This document shows positions 44,216 through 56,909 of a stretch of 64,000 nucleotides of DNA, piece after piece. The notes beneath the pieces were generated by a model. It was not told the DNA's origin, ran no database searches, and saw only the letters and a list, made by a program, of their open reading frames with translations. Within the stretch, counting starts at the first letter, position 1. Every line of letters begins with the position of its first letter. Origin of the DNA: Rebecca billardiae RCC1528 (lineage: Eukaryota; Protista; Haptophyta); the NCBI GenBank assembly GCA_965240325.2, contig OZ251223.1, forward strand, positions 744,001 to 808,000, in the 5' to 3' direction. The translations under genes and the position numbers were made by a program.

Positions 44216-44218
<3 letters not shown>
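42520..44218. mobile_element. Non-autonomous/decayed DNA transposon with GAG...CTC termini, ~100-bp imperfect TIRs and subterminal 15-mer arrays
   Basis: Left end gagataatgtcagctgtattgccgttttggaaagtgtggtcag... matches the reverse complement of the right end gagccgacgtcagttgtattgccgctttggatagtgtggtcag... About 8 copies of a GTCAGTTGTATTGCC-like motif per end, in opposite orientation. Flanked by atat on both sides. Confidence 0.85.

Positions 44219-44281
<63 letters not shown>
44219..44281. repeat. (TA)n microsatellite abutting the transposon right end
   Basis: Visible AT dinucleotide run; a shorter TA run precedes the left end (42510-42519). Confidence 0.97.
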
Positions 44282-44282
<1 letters not shown>

Positions 44283-46819
44283 CTGCTATATATGCTGATG
44301 CCATTTCTGAAAGTCTGAATCATATGCCCGCCTATGAGTATGACTCCGTAATTGCATATGTATCATCAGATTGGCCGAGACTGGCGAGGCAGCAGCAGCC
44401 CCGCCTGATTGTCCTGGCCTCGCGCATGCGGACAGCTGAATGAATCTTCCGTTACTTATTCCGACCTACCATCGGTGACGGCTTCGTCATGGGCCCTAAC
44501 AGTCATTATTGGCGTCAATCTCGCCTGAGCTGTGTGCGTCTCGCTCGTATTCTGCTTAGTCATCAACTGCTGTATACGTAGTCATAAGCAGTACTACTGC
44601 ACAGCAAGCAGCTTTTAGCTTCTCTGCTACTAGCTACTGTACAGTACAGCAGAAGAGTCAGATGCACATGGACGGTAAGCTAATAGCTATGCACAAACCA
44701 TCATCGGTCACACACCCCAGTATGGCAGCTGTGGACCACGGAGATTTACGGAGACGACACTGTCCAGCAGGCTGCAGCAGCTGAACACATCAATGTCACA
44801 TGAACTATCTATGAAGCGCGGGCGACTCGGAACGTCAGCATGGATCGACGTCGTCGCGTGAAGTCGTCGTCACTCAGGTCTGCTGTATTATGCACAGACT
44901 TGGCAACTCGGGAGACAGTTCCGCTACTGTCTCTGCATGCATGGATGCATGCAGGACGCAGGTACTGGGCGCTGGATGATGGCCGATGGCAGCTTGCGAT
45001 CACATTGCAGTGGCTGACAATGATGACTGATTATTATTGCAGTCATGCTGATGCAGTACGACAGTACTGTGCAGTACGACAGTACTCTGTATGTGGTGCA
45101 GTCCACTGCCGACAGCCAGTAGCGGCTTGTTAGCTGACAGAGAATCCAGCAACGTCGGAGTCAAAGTGTTTGTCACGAGCGAGGTCTGAAGAGGCTCGCG
45201 GATGCCCGCGCGTCGTAGTGCCTGGCGACCCCACACCTGACACAGCGGCTAAGGTGACCGAAAAAACAGGGCAGTCGGCCTGGCGCGCTTGCGGCTCGGT
45301 CGAGGGAATTCGGGTTTTGCATCACTTCATCTGAGCAGCATATTCGACGCAAGTCAGGCCAGCGTCGTCCTACCTGTGTCGTTAAATCATAGAATGAGTC
45401 AAGCTGCATAGTCTACCCAGAGCTGCGCCCTCGTGCCTGTGTCTTTAAATCATAGAATTAGTCTACCCGTTGCTGCTGGCCCGGGGGGCAGCATCATGCA
45501 ACTCACCTCTCGGCCCCCAGCAATCCGCGTTCGCACTTCCGACCGATTCGATCATATGAACATACGACACAGCCGAATTCGTCAAATTACCCAGTTGGTG
45601 CTCTCCAAGCGGTATAATCATGCGGCGGCGTCAAGCACTTAAGGCGTGATTATCATACACTTTTGTGCGAGTGCCGAGTGAGCCGAGTCCGGCGGCATTA
45701 CGACTAACAACTACCTATGGAATCATCATGCTGCGCGCGGGCTTGCTGCACATTGTTGCCTGACGAAGTGACGCGAGCCTTGTGTTGACGTGCACGTTAA
45801 GTCGTTAACACTTACTGTACAAGTTGACTCAACTCGGATGCTCGTCACTATACCGTCGGAATCGTGACTGGGACTCGTGACAGATGATCAGATGTGAGAT
45901 GAGTGCCCAGTGCCCATTGGCCATTGTCCAGACTCCGGAGCAGAGTCTCAATCTAATGTAGCCTGCAGAGAGATTGAGATTGAGCGCCGGGAGCCCGGCG
46001 ACCGGGCTCCGTTTTGCCGAGACTCAAGTCTCGCTCGATAACATCATAACGGTGAACAGATACATGCTGGCGCACGTAGTCGCCGATAAAGGCGATAAAC
46101 GTGACCGTGAGGCTCCGTGAGCAGCACGTCCGACGGTCCGAGCTTGCTGCCATGACTCGATGATAATGAGTAACGAACAGCAGAACCGATTACTGTCAGA
46201 GCGCGCTCTCGAGCGCGTGCCTCCGAGCGCGGGGCGGCCGCTTGCTGCAATGGCCGCCTCAATGAGGTGCGCTTAACCAAGTGTGCACGTTAAAACATAC
46301 TGTGTGGACGGTGGGGCGACTCGGACGACGGGCGCTGGCGCGCCGCGATGCGGCCGTAGCCCTCATCCGGGCCTCGCAGGCGGACGGCTGAACGAACCCA
46401 TTCCGACGGCGCTACGATCGGCGACGGCTTCATGGGCGGTGACAGTTGGCGGGCGTCAATCTCGCCTGCGCCTGAGCTGTGCGCGTCTCTTATTCTTAGT
46501 AAACTGTAGTAAACTGTACAGCCGCGGTGCCTTTGTCACACTAGGAGTACTACATCATACTACTACACTCACACTGTATCATTGCACGTCGTGTACTGTG
46601 CGACCGACCCCAAGCAAGGGCCGTACCCAAAGTGCGGCGGACCAGGTGCGTCGACCACTCGACCAGTGCTCTTTGCCGTGCTCGGCGAGGGCGACGAATA
46701 AAGGCCGGCGGAAAGGCCCTTGCTGGCCAGGAACTCGAACGGCGGCGCTGGGCCCTCGAGGCGGCAGGGACGCAGGGGGCGCGGGCGGGGGCGTGCTCCG
46801 CCGGGACGCGCGTGCTCGC

Positions 46820-47489
46820 ATGGAGCTGACCACGCTCCATGTCCTGCCGCGCCCGCCGATCCTGCAGATCGAGCCGTACACCGCCAGCGACTGGCCTGAC
46901 GGCACACGCGCAAGAGAGTGGGAGAGTGGTGCCACGTACGAGGGCCAGTGGCGCGCTGGCAAGCCCGACGGGACGGGGATGTTCGTGAGTCGGCACGGCT
47001 GCACATTCACGGGCGACTGGGCCCGCGGCATGCCGCACGGTCACGGTCGTCTGAGCAGCGCGGACGGCAGCCTCTGGTACGACGGAGACTTCCGGCATGG
47101 CGTGTGCGCGGGCTTTGGCGTCCTCGTGTGTGAGCACACCGGCGTGGCGTACGCCGGCAGCTGGGAGCGGGGCCAGCCGCACGGCGATGGCGTCCAGAGC
47201 GCGCTGAACGCGCAAGGCGGCATGCGCCGCGCCGAGGGCGTCTGGGAGGACGGCGTGTGTCGCGGCGTGCGTGCGCTTCAGGACCTCCATGCTGACGACG
47301 TGTCCGCCCTTGGCACGCGCGCACCGCCGGTGGGCGGCATAGGCATCTGGTCGCCGGCGGACACGGCGCTCGCGTCTGTCGGCGCGGCACGCCGCGCCGA
47401 CTTCTCGTCCAGCCCGCGCGCTCACGCTGCGTCCAGCGGCGGCGGAGGCGTAAGCGGCAACGACACTGGGAGCGATGACCATGGTGACA

Positions 47490-47530
<41 letters not shown>

Positions 47531-50526
47531 ACAGACTCCGGTGAGGGTGATGGCGTCGGCGGCGGTGGCGGCCGAGGCGCACGCTCAGCCACGCTCGCGG
47601 GCAGCGGCGGCAGCGCTGCCGCCCTGCGCGCCGATGGCGCGAGAGGCGGCCACACCGCCGCGGGCGGAGCAAGTGGCGCTGACCCGGCGGCGGGCGCGGC
47701 GGCGGAGACGGAGGCAGAGGCAGAGGCGGAGGCGGAGACGGAGGCGGAGGGGGTGGATGAGGAGGCCCTGGATTTCAATCGCGACTTCTGCGACGCGTGC
47801 GGCGCCGGCGGTATTCTGCTGTGCTGCGACGCGTGCCCGGCGAGCTACCACCTCGGCTGCGTCGGCCTCGATGCGAACACGGAGCCGCTTGGGGCGTGGT
47901 ACTGCGCGCTCTGCGCGGTGCGGCTACACGCTCGGCCGCAGCGCGCGCCGAGCGGGCGAGCGACGCCCACTCGGCAAGCGGCTGCTGCCCCGGATGGATC
48001 AAGCGCGCCGCGCACGCCATCAGCTGCGGCGGTGGCGGCGGCGGCTGGCGCACACGCCGCTCGGCGCGCCTCGCCAGCAGCGCACACGCCGCCGCCGCTA
48101 CTGCCGAGCACGCCCAACGGCTCGCTTCTCGCCGGTGGCCTCTTCTCGCCGCGCGGCGGGCAGGCGGCAGCTGCCGAGCACGCGGACGCAGACGCGGACG
48201 CGGGCGCGGGCGCTCTGAGGCTGCAGCTCTGGTCGACTGAGGAGCTGCGCGCGCAGCTCAGCCAGTCGCTGCGCGGCGGGCGCGGCGGCGACGCCGGCGG
48301 CGCGGAGAGCGTGGAGGCCCTAGCCGCGCTCGACCGGCCGCAGCTGGTCCAGCGGATGCTGGCAGTCCGACAGGCGGCCGCGGCCGAGCGCGGCGGCGCG
48401 GGCGGTGTCCTCATCACGTGCTCGCGCGTCGGCGAGCGCCACCAGGCAGAGCTGCCGCCGTTCGAAGGGGCGCACGCGCCGCTCACCGAGATCGCGATCT
48501 CGGGCGCCGCGGACGCCGGGGCCGAGAAGTGCGGCGAGCTCGTGTGGAGCGGCGAGGCCTACTGGCACGCCGCCGCGGCGGAGGATGCGTGCGAGCGGAG
48601 TAGCGCCCTGCTACTGGCGGCAGTGCACGCGCGGGACGCGCAGCTGCGCGCGGCCGCGCTCGCGCTCGCGGCGGCGGCCGCGGCGGCGAGCGGCGGCGCG
48701 GCGGCGGCGCGGCGCGCCGACGCGCGCGCGGGCTCCCCGCTGCCGCCGCACGCCCTCCCTGCGGGCCCGCTCGTCGAGCCGATCACGCCGCTCGGCAAGC
48801 CTTCAGTCGGCTCGACGTTCTCTGCGCGCGCGGAGCGCGCGGAGCGCGCGGGCGCTGAGCGAGAGCGCGCGGCGCGCGGCACGCTGGACACGCAGCCGGC
48901 GCAACGCGCTTCTGACGCGCGCGAGGCCGAGGGCGGCGGCGGCGCGCCGAGCGCGCGCCGCCTGCCGCTCGGGCCCGGCGGCGGCGGCGGCGACGGAGGC
49001 GCTGCCGTCGTGCGGATGGCGAGCGCGGGCGCCGAGGACGGCTCCGCGCACGCGGCGGCGGCGGGGGGCGACGGCCGAGGCACGAAAGGCTCGAGCGAAG
49101 CGGAGGCCGGCGGCGTCGAGGCGTGCGCTGCCGCGCCCTCCGTCGCCGCCTCCGAGTGCGGCGCCGCCCACGCCGCGGCGGGCGCGCCAGGCTCGTTTGC
49201 CCGCTCGGAGTCCGCCTTCCCCGCGGCGCCCGGCGCGGCGGCGGCGCGCGGCGGCGCGCCCGCGCCGGACGCGAGTGACGCGCCAGCAGACGATTCTGCC
49301 GCGCTCCCCTCTCGCCTGGAGCCACCCGCTGCGGCGGCGGCGTGCTCGGCGCCGGCGCGCGCCGACTGCTCGACGGCGCGGCTCGGCAGCACGGACGCCG
49401 ACGCGCCGGCCGTGTCGGACACGGAGGCAGCTGCCGGCACCGACAGCGCCGACGACGTCGCTCCCGAGCAGCTGCCGACCGCGCCTGCAGCGGCGGCGGC
49501 CCCGTCGTTGCACGCGGCCGCTGGCGGCGGCGGGGTTGGCGCAGCTGCGCACACGGCCGCGGGGCGCAACGACGGCGGCAGCGCGCCGGGCGCCCATTCG
49601 TGTGTCGTGCCGCGCCCGCTCGCGCCACCGCCGCCGCCGGGCACGGCCGCGCTGTGCGGCCCCGGCATCGAGCAGGCACTCAGCGCGCTGCATGCCCATT
49701 CGTACGATGCCACGCTGGCCGGCGCGGCGCTCCAGCCGGCGCGCAGCCAGGCGCGCAGCGGCGCGAGCGACGGCTCGGCCGCGCGTCGGGTGAGCCGGAA
49801 GCGGCTGCGCACCGCGGCACTCTCCGCGGACGAGCACACGGTGTGCGCGCGCGTGCGCCGCGCGCGCCCTCCCGGGCCAGCCCATGCGCGGCGGGGCGCG
49901 CGGCGAGACGTGCCGCGCTCCTTGTGCGCGCCCTCGCGTGTCACCGCCGTGCGCGCCCACCCGTACGCCTGCGCGTGGCTGGAGCACACAGGACTTCCAA
50001 GACGCGCTGCGCAAGCACGGGAAGGACTTTCGGGCGATCGCGCGCGCGGTCAGGTGCGCGCCCGCCGCGCCGCGCGCCGCGGTCTTGTGCGCGCGTCACG
50101 GCCCCGGCACGTGGCACCGTGCACGCACGTCAGCTGCGCCTGACAGGCCTGTGCGCGCGCGCGTGGGCACGTGTGGCGCGCGTGCTGTGTGCCGCCTGCT
50201 GCAGGGGCCGGACTGTCCCGGAGTTGGTGAAGCATTACTATGCGACCAAGCACCGCGCTTACGTGCCGCCCTCGGCGGGTGCGCCGAGCCTGGCGGACGT
50301 GAGCGTGGGCGGAGCGTGCGCGGCCGCAGCCAAGCCATTCCGCGCCGCGCTGAGCAACGCGCACGCTCACGCCCGTCCGCTTGCGCTCGGCCGCGCGCAC
50401 TCGACGCCGCCGGCGACGGACTCGACGACCCAGCGGGTGCTGTTTGACACGCTGCAGCACGTGCAAGGGCTGTCGATCCCGGCGGCGACGACCGCCGCCC
50501 TGGAGGACGAGAGGCTGCTACATTGA
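46820..50526 (+). CDS. MORN-repeat / PHD finger / ELM2-SANT chromatin protein, 3 exons
   Basis: Exons 46820-49840, 49992-50053 and 50205-50526. MORN YEGQWRAGKPDGTG and similar; PHD FCDACGAGGILLCCDACPASYHLGC...WYCALC; ELM2 SRVGERHQAELP...LVWSG...IEQALSALHAHSYD; spliced SANT ADEHT|DFQDALRKHGKDFRAIARAVR|GRTVPELVKHYY. Confidence 0.85.
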
Positions 50527-53500
50527 CGATCTATCGGCGTCATACTGATCGCGCACGGGGCACGGACCATATCGCTGCGTTCCTGAGCCGCAGCGCCAGA
50601 ATTACGCGAGATCAGAGAACCTTTCTTTCCTCCCACGCGCGCCATTGGTCGAGACGTCGCTGAAGGGGGCCGAAAGTTGAGCAGCGGGTAACCTTTTGTT
50701 AATGACGTGAGTAAGTCTCGCCGTAGTGGGCCCAAAATTGCAACCTATGACTTTCGCTTGATCGTCCGATCTCTCGAACATCTGCCCCGAAGCGTACGTC
50801 GCTTTTGTGAGGATACACAGCAGCATCTCTCCATCGGTTGATCCTGCAGGCCCTCAACGCTCCTAGACCCTTCGTCGGCGGACGATCTACGAGTGGCGAC
50901 AGGCGACGCCTCCCCGGCACACTAGTACGAGGTCGATGGCGAACAAACGCTCGTGCACGGACTAGGGGATGTTTGAGTGCGCGTAGCCTCGCTCGATACG
51001 ACTGCGGGCAGGCGCGGCCGACGCAGTCCCGGCAGCTCCTGTTGTTTCTGCCTGCCACGCCTGCGCCGTTCATCATCCGTGCCGCGCGTGGCCCGACAAC
51101 TTGCCAGCGCCGCCGACAAGTTGGTGATCGAAGGGCGCGATTTGAAGGTTCAGCCACCACTCAGGTGGGCATCCCGGGCCCACTTTGAGTTGTCTTCGAT
51201 GCTGCCCACCGCGCTGCTCTCGACAGCCTGCGTGCCCTCGTGACAGAGCGCGCGTCCCGGCAGCTGCACGGTGCGGCATGTCGGCATGGCTTGCTCAGTC
51301 GCTCTTCACCTCTGCAGTGCAGAGGATGGGCCACAGCGATTACAGCGATATTGCGGTCGGTGGCAACGAGCATACTTCTCATGACCGCCGCCGCCGCGTG
51401 CCGCAGCTACCCGCCACCGGACGTGCTGCATCACACGTCGATGCTCATGGCTCATTAGACAGGATCTCACGCTCATCTGTGGGCACCGTTGTACGTGCGG
51501 CATGGCAAAGCCCTACTGACTTGGATGTGTGGATGCGTCGGCACGGCGGCAGTCGTCAGTGGCAGTGCTTGGCTCTGTGTCGCAGACGTGGCGCGGCGCC
51601 TGGCGCAGTCACGACGCACTCGTTGACCGGGCCACGCGCTGTCTCGGACACTGGACGGCGCGGCTCCGAGCAACACTCGCTCGCCGCTGGGCCTGGGCCT
51701 GCCGGCCCACAGGGCCTGGGCCGCCTCTGCCCACGCCGAGGCCTGGCCTAAGACGGTAAGACCCCGGGTCACATAGCACGACGGCTCAGTGCCGCTGCCC
51801 TCTGGACCAGTGGCGGTGCTGCTCTGCCGGCTCGGGGCGACCCGCTCGCGCCGCGGGCCGTGGCAGCGCTCATCGACTCAAACGTGCCGCCGACTCGCGC
51901 TCAGCTTCATGGCTGACGGGCTGCGCGAAGCGTCGGCGCTACCGAGAACAGTCGTGCGCCCTACCCTCTATGCGCCTGCGATCATACGTACTCCGAAGCA
52001 GCGCCAGACATGGACGGTGGGCGGTCTCAGCGCCGCGGCGGTACCGCGGGGCACGCAGCGCATCGGTGCGCGCCCGGTCATGCATCACCGCGAGCCGCAG
52101 AGTCTGAGCCCGAGGAGGCGGAGGACGGCCGGACTCCGGTGGCGCCGCTGGAATGTCACATGTGGTGCGGTTCATCGGAGTCAGGATATTCGATCACAGA
52201 CACGGTCGTCACTACGGTACAGTCGTCATCATGCATTTAGCGCAGCATGCCGCGTATAGCGTGACTCACCTTATTCATATTGGGTCCGCGTGCTGACTGC
52301 TGCATCATCAGTATTCAGCCGTGCATAATGGCAATGCTGTCAAGTGTCAGCATCAGCTGCGCGCGCACGGACAGACGGTCAACGGAACCTTAGCCGCGTG
52401 CCCGTTAGTGAATAGTGCGGACGGTCCGCAGTATCGAGTGATGAGCAGTAGTCTTATAATTATAAAGCCCCGCGCCCGGTACGTACCGAGGCTCCGTAGT
52501 AAATGTTGCAGTGACTGGGCCCGGCGGGCGTGCGCCGGCAACACGCCGACGGCTGACCCGGCTACGCCTCCAGTCTGAGTCGCAGATTACGGGCGCCCGC
52601 GCACTGGCAGCGGTCGAGCCGACTGGATTGTCAGAGTTAGTCAGCGAGTCGAGCCGCGGGCGCCGGCCAAGGCGGTACGGGCGGTACAGGCATTGCGTGC
52701 GCTCGCGTGCAGCCCCCGGAGCCAGCCTGGGGCTCCGAAGGTGTGCTTGCAGCTGGTGCGTGACCTTACGAGTACTGCACACCGCTTGTTGACACTGCAC
52801 GCCAAGCCGATCGAAGGCACAACGTGAGGATGTGAACTGGCGGCAGCTTTCTGCGGATCTGGGCCGTGACCTCTGTAGGCGCGTGGGCACAGAGTGTCCG
52901 ACGGCGAGGAAAGAGCTCAAGTGGCCGCTATCGGGGCCGAATAGGAAACGTGCGACTCGCCGTACATCGCACGCCGACTGCTGGCAGGCTCGCCCCCCCC
53001 GCCCGCACCTGCACGATCAGCGTCAGGAGCAATGATTGCGGAGTGCGCAATAGCCGCAGAAGGGGACCAGGTGCGCACGCGCGTGTGCAAGCAAAGGGCG
53101 ACGCCCAATGTGGACCTACGAAGGTGTGCACGCGGCTGACACTGAGCGCTGATGTCCCTGGACCCGCGCGAGAGCTCCTCAGCCACGCCAGCAATGTCGC
53201 AGAGACTCTCTGGCGGCCTGGCCTGGCCGGGCTGCGTTCGAAGCCCTGCCGCCCGCCGACGACCGGCGACAAAACACTCTCGTCTTGGCCTCTTGAACCC
53301 TCGGTGGCAATCTCTCGCGATCTGCCTCGCCCGCATAGCACGGCTTTGGGCTCGTTCGCTCATCAATCGAAGACCGCCAACCGATGCGGGTGCGCTGAAA
53401 GTGCGATTCTTCGTATGTGAACAATTCCGCGGCTTTATTCTCGCGTAATTCTGGCGCTGGGGCTCAGGAACGCAGCGTGGCATATCGATTATCGGCTGCC

Positions 53501-53829
53501 ACGGCGCCGACGAGCTGCTCGGCGACTGTCGACTGCCCGCCCGTCTGGCGTCTGTCACGGCGTCTGTCATCCGCATGGCGTCTGCCTATATAGCTGATGA
53601 ATCCTGTCGTCCGTGCTGATTGTGAACGCCGTCACTGTGAGCGGTGGCTTCCTTTCAAACGGATGAGTAGTTGAAACTTGAACTGAGTGATGGGCCAAAG
53701 TGATGGGCGCCATCGTGCGAGACGGGAGCTGTCCGGGTCCTGCTGCCTTTTTGGGCCCGGGCCGGACTTGCTTGAGTTCGCGCGACGGTTTTAGTTCTCC
53801 GACGGTTCACGTCCGCCACGGCGGACGTC

Positions 53830-56643
53830 ATGAGCTCCGACTCGGAGGTCTCGACGGACTTTGGGAACGGCGAGGACGGCTCGGCACATGCCGAAGACGT
53901 CGGGTACGACGAGCGTGACGCTGATGCCGCGCTCGAGGTCGACTCGGCCACGCCCTCGCGCAGCGTCTCGCCCGCGCCTGCGGCCGCCGCTCGTTGTGCG
54001 AGCCCAGCCGGGCACTCGCTGCACGACTCAGATCTACTCCCGCTGACGGCGGCGCACTGGATCAGCCCAGCCGCGGCCACGTCGCACCTGCCCGGCGATG
54101 TCCGCTCGCAGGTCGGCGCGATCCTTCACGCGCTCGCCGAGAAGTACCTGCCCGCATCTCCGGACGCGGGCGGACGGCGGCAAGGCGGCGTCGCCGCGCG
54201 AGCCATCTCGGACGAGACGCCTTCGGCTCCGCGCACGGAGTTCTCCTCGCCAGCGCACACGGTGGCGACGAGCAAGTCAAGCCCGCGCGCCTCTGGCGAC
54301 CAGCGCCCGCCCGCGCCCGCCCCAGCCGCGGCGGGCGCCACCGTGAGCGACTCGATGCGCGCATATGCGCAGTGGCTGCAGCGGGAGCTGGCGGGCGGCG
54401 ACGTGGCGGACGCGGATGCGGAGGAGGAGGAGGAGGAGGAGGAGGAGGAGGAGGAGGAGGGCGCGGAGAACGGCATGATTGTGCCGGAGGAGCTCGTGGG
54501 CGAGCCGCTGCCCGCTGCGCCCCCGCCGCCGCTCGAGCCGAACCGCGCGCACGCGGTCGCATCGTCGGCGCCGGTCGGCGGCGCGGCCAAGCGGCGTGTC
54601 GCGGTGCGGCGCAAGCCGCGCGCCGGGGCCGAGCGCGCCGGCGCGCGCGCGAGTGTGAGCGTGAGCGTGCGCTGCGCGCTCCTCGTCGGCAAGGAGGTCT
54701 GGGTCGTCGCGCGCGACACGGGCTCCATCGTGATCCACGACGCGGCGAGCGCGGGCGTGGTGGCGACGGTCCTGTCTCTGCACAACCTCATCCTGACGAT
54801 GGCGCTGCACCGCGGGGTGCGCGGCGCGCGGCGCGACGTGGAGGCGCGCGACACGGTGTGGTGCGGCACGGAGGGCGGCTCGGTGCTGCTGTACGACGTG
54901 CAGACGCGCGCTCTCGTGCGCGAGCTCGGCCGGCAGCACGCGGGCGGCGTGCAGTGCATCGCCATGCAGCGCGCGGCGGGCGGCGGGAGCGCGGGCGGCG
55001 GCGGCGGCGTGGTGGTGAGCTGCGGGAGCGACCGCAAGCTGTGCGTGTGGACCGCGGCGGGCGGGTACAAGCGCGCGTTCACGGGGCACACGCAGGCGGT
55101 GCGCTGCGCGCTCGTGCTCGGCGCGCACGTCTGGTCGGGCTCGGACGACGCGAGCGTGCGCGTGTGGGACCTCGCGCACGCCGTGTTCCAGCTGGCGCGC
55201 TCGGAGGCGTGCGTCGCCGCGCTGCGCTCGGAGCACACGGGGAGCGTGCGCGCGCTGCTCGCGACCGGGCCGGGGCACGTGCTCTCCGCGTCTGAGGACG
55301 GCTCGGTGTGCAAGTGGGCCGGCGCGCCGTCGTTCTCGTGCGTGCTCCGCGTCGGCTGCGCGGGCACGCCCACCGCGCTCGTGCCGATGGGCCGGCGCGT
55401 GTGGGTGTGCTGCGGCCGCGCCGCGGGCGTCGAGGTGCGCGACGCGCTCACGCTGGCGCTCAAGGAGACGCTGCGCGGCGGCGCGGACGGGCGCGGCGGC
55501 GCGGTCGGCGCGATCCGCATCGGCGCGGTCGAGCGGCGCACGCTGTGGACGTGGGTGCCGGGCGAGCCCTCCGCGACCGTGTGGGAGCGCGACGAGGCGG
55601 AGGCGCGGCTCTCGGCCGACGAGTATGCGGCCGCGCTCGCCGAGGCGGACGCGCTGCGCGCCGCGCTCGACGGCCACCACGCGCGGCTCGAGGCCGTGGC
55701 CGACGCGAGGCGGAAGGAGGCGCTGCGCGGGCTCGCGACGCGCGGCGCGCTGGCGCGCGAGCTCGAGGCGGCGCTCGAGCTGTGCGCCACGCAGGCGCGC
55801 GAGGTGCGCCGCCTCCAGCGCGACTTCATCGAGCAGCAGGCGGCCGACCTCGCGGAGCAGCGCGAGCTGCAGCTGCTGTGCGAGCAGCTCGAGGGCCGCG
55901 CGCTCGGCCAGCACGAGGCGCACGCGCGCGAGCTGGACGAGGCGGCGGCGCGCGAGGCGGCGCTCGAGGCGGAGCTCGGCCGCGCGCGCGCCGAGCGCGA
56001 CGCCGCGCGCGCCGAGCTCGACTCGCTCAAGCACGACGCGAGCGCGGCGTTCGTCGAGCGCGACCTGCTGCGGCTGCAGGGCACGCAGCTGAGGCTCGAG
56101 CTGGACGACTCCCGGCAGGAGGTGGTCTCGCTGCGCACGGCGGACACGGCGTGCGCCGCGACGCTCGACGGCGCGACGGCCGGCGCGCTCGGGCGCGCGC
56201 CGAGCGCGCGGCAGCGCGGCAGCACCGCGCCGCCCTCGCCGCCGCCGCCGCCGCTGCGCTCGCAGCACTCCCAGCCCACGCTCGCCGTCGCCGCCGCTGC
56301 GGGCGCGGGGCGGCGGCACGAGCCGCCCCACGCGCTCGCCGCGCGGCTGCGGCTGCACGCCGCCGCCGCCGCCGCCGCCGCGCCCGCCGCCGCCGCCGCC
56401 GAGGACGCGAGTCTTGTCGGGCGGTGGCAGCCCGACGCGCCGCCGCGCGCGCCCGGCGACTCGCCGCTCCTCTCTGCGCGCGCGGCGGCGCGCGCGGGCG
56501 GCGCGCACCCAGGCCAGCTCACGCCCTCGACGGCGGCGCGCGCCGCGCACGCGGCAACCAGCCACGCGCCGAGCCTGCAGTCCTCGGCCGCGCGCGTGGC
56601 GATACCGCCGGCGCACCCGCAGTCGGCGATCTCAGAGTCGTAG
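53830..56643 (+). CDS. WD40-repeat plus coiled-coil protein
   Basis: GHTQAVRCALVLGAHVWSGSDDASVRVWD and related repeats; poly-Glu at 54421-54459; long C-terminal coiled coil. Confidence 0.85.
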   Translation: MSSDSEVSTDFGNGEDGSAHAEDVGYDERDADAALEVDSATPSRSVSPAPAAAARCASPAGHSLHDSDLLPLTAAHWISPAAATSHLPGDVRSQVGAILHALAEKYLPASPDAGGRRQGGVAARAISDETPSAPRTEFSSPAHTVATSKSSPRASGDQRPPAPAPAAAGATVSDSMRAYAQWLQRELAGGDVADADAEEEEEEEEEEEEEGAENGMIVPEELVGEPLPAAPPPPLEPNRAHAVASSAPVGGAAKRRVAVRRKPRAGAERAGARASVSVSVRCALLVGKEVWVVARDTGSIVIHDAASAGVVATVLSLHNLILTMALHRGVRGARRDVEARDTVWCGTEGGSVLLYDVQTRALVRELGRQHAGGVQCIAMQRAAGGGSAGGGGGVVVSCGSDRKLCVWTAAGGYKRAFTGHTQAVRCALVLGAHVWSGSDDASVRVWDLAHAVFQLARSEACVAALRSEHTGSVRALLATGPGHVLSASEDGSVCKWAGAPSFSCVLRVGCAGTPTALVPMGRRVWVCCGRAAGVEVRDALTLALKETLRGGADGRGGAVGAIRIGAVERRTLWTWVPGEPSATVWERDEAEARLSADEYAAALAEADALRAALDGHHARLEAVADARRKEALRGLATRGALARELEAALELCATQAREVRRLQRDFIEQQAADLAEQRELQLLCEQLEGRALGQHEAHARELDEAAAREAALEAELGRARAERDAARAELDSLKHDASAAFVERDLLRLQGTQLRLELDDSRQEVVSLRTADTACAATLDGATAGALGRAPSARQRGSTAPPSPPPPPLRSQHSQPTLAVAAAAGAGRRHEPPHALAARLRLHAAAAAAAAPAAAAAEDASLVGRWQPDAPPRAPGDSPLLSARAAARAGGAHPGQLTPSTAARAAHAATSHAPSLQSSAARVAIPPAHPQSAISES

Positions 56644-56909
56644 GCAGCCGTGCTCAAGCTACTGCCGCCGCAGCCCTTCAGAGCCCGCAGCCGGCGCGCG
56701 CTGCGTGGCGCGACTATACGTGAAGCAGCGTATTTAATTATACGCGACTATGACTATACCGTTATACCGCCTGTACACGTAATAATCGCGCCGATCGAAT
56801 AATCGCGGCCGTTCACTTGGCCGCGCGGCGGCGTCGTTTGAATTGTCGGACGACGATCGACTCCATGGCGGCTCGTCCCTGCCCTTGGTGCCGCTCCGCT
56901 CCCAACGCG

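Noticed and set aside
46283-46819. N-terminal extension of the 1286-aa ORF
   Set aside because: Starts at GTG with non-coding-like composition; ATG 46820 directly precedes the MORN region.
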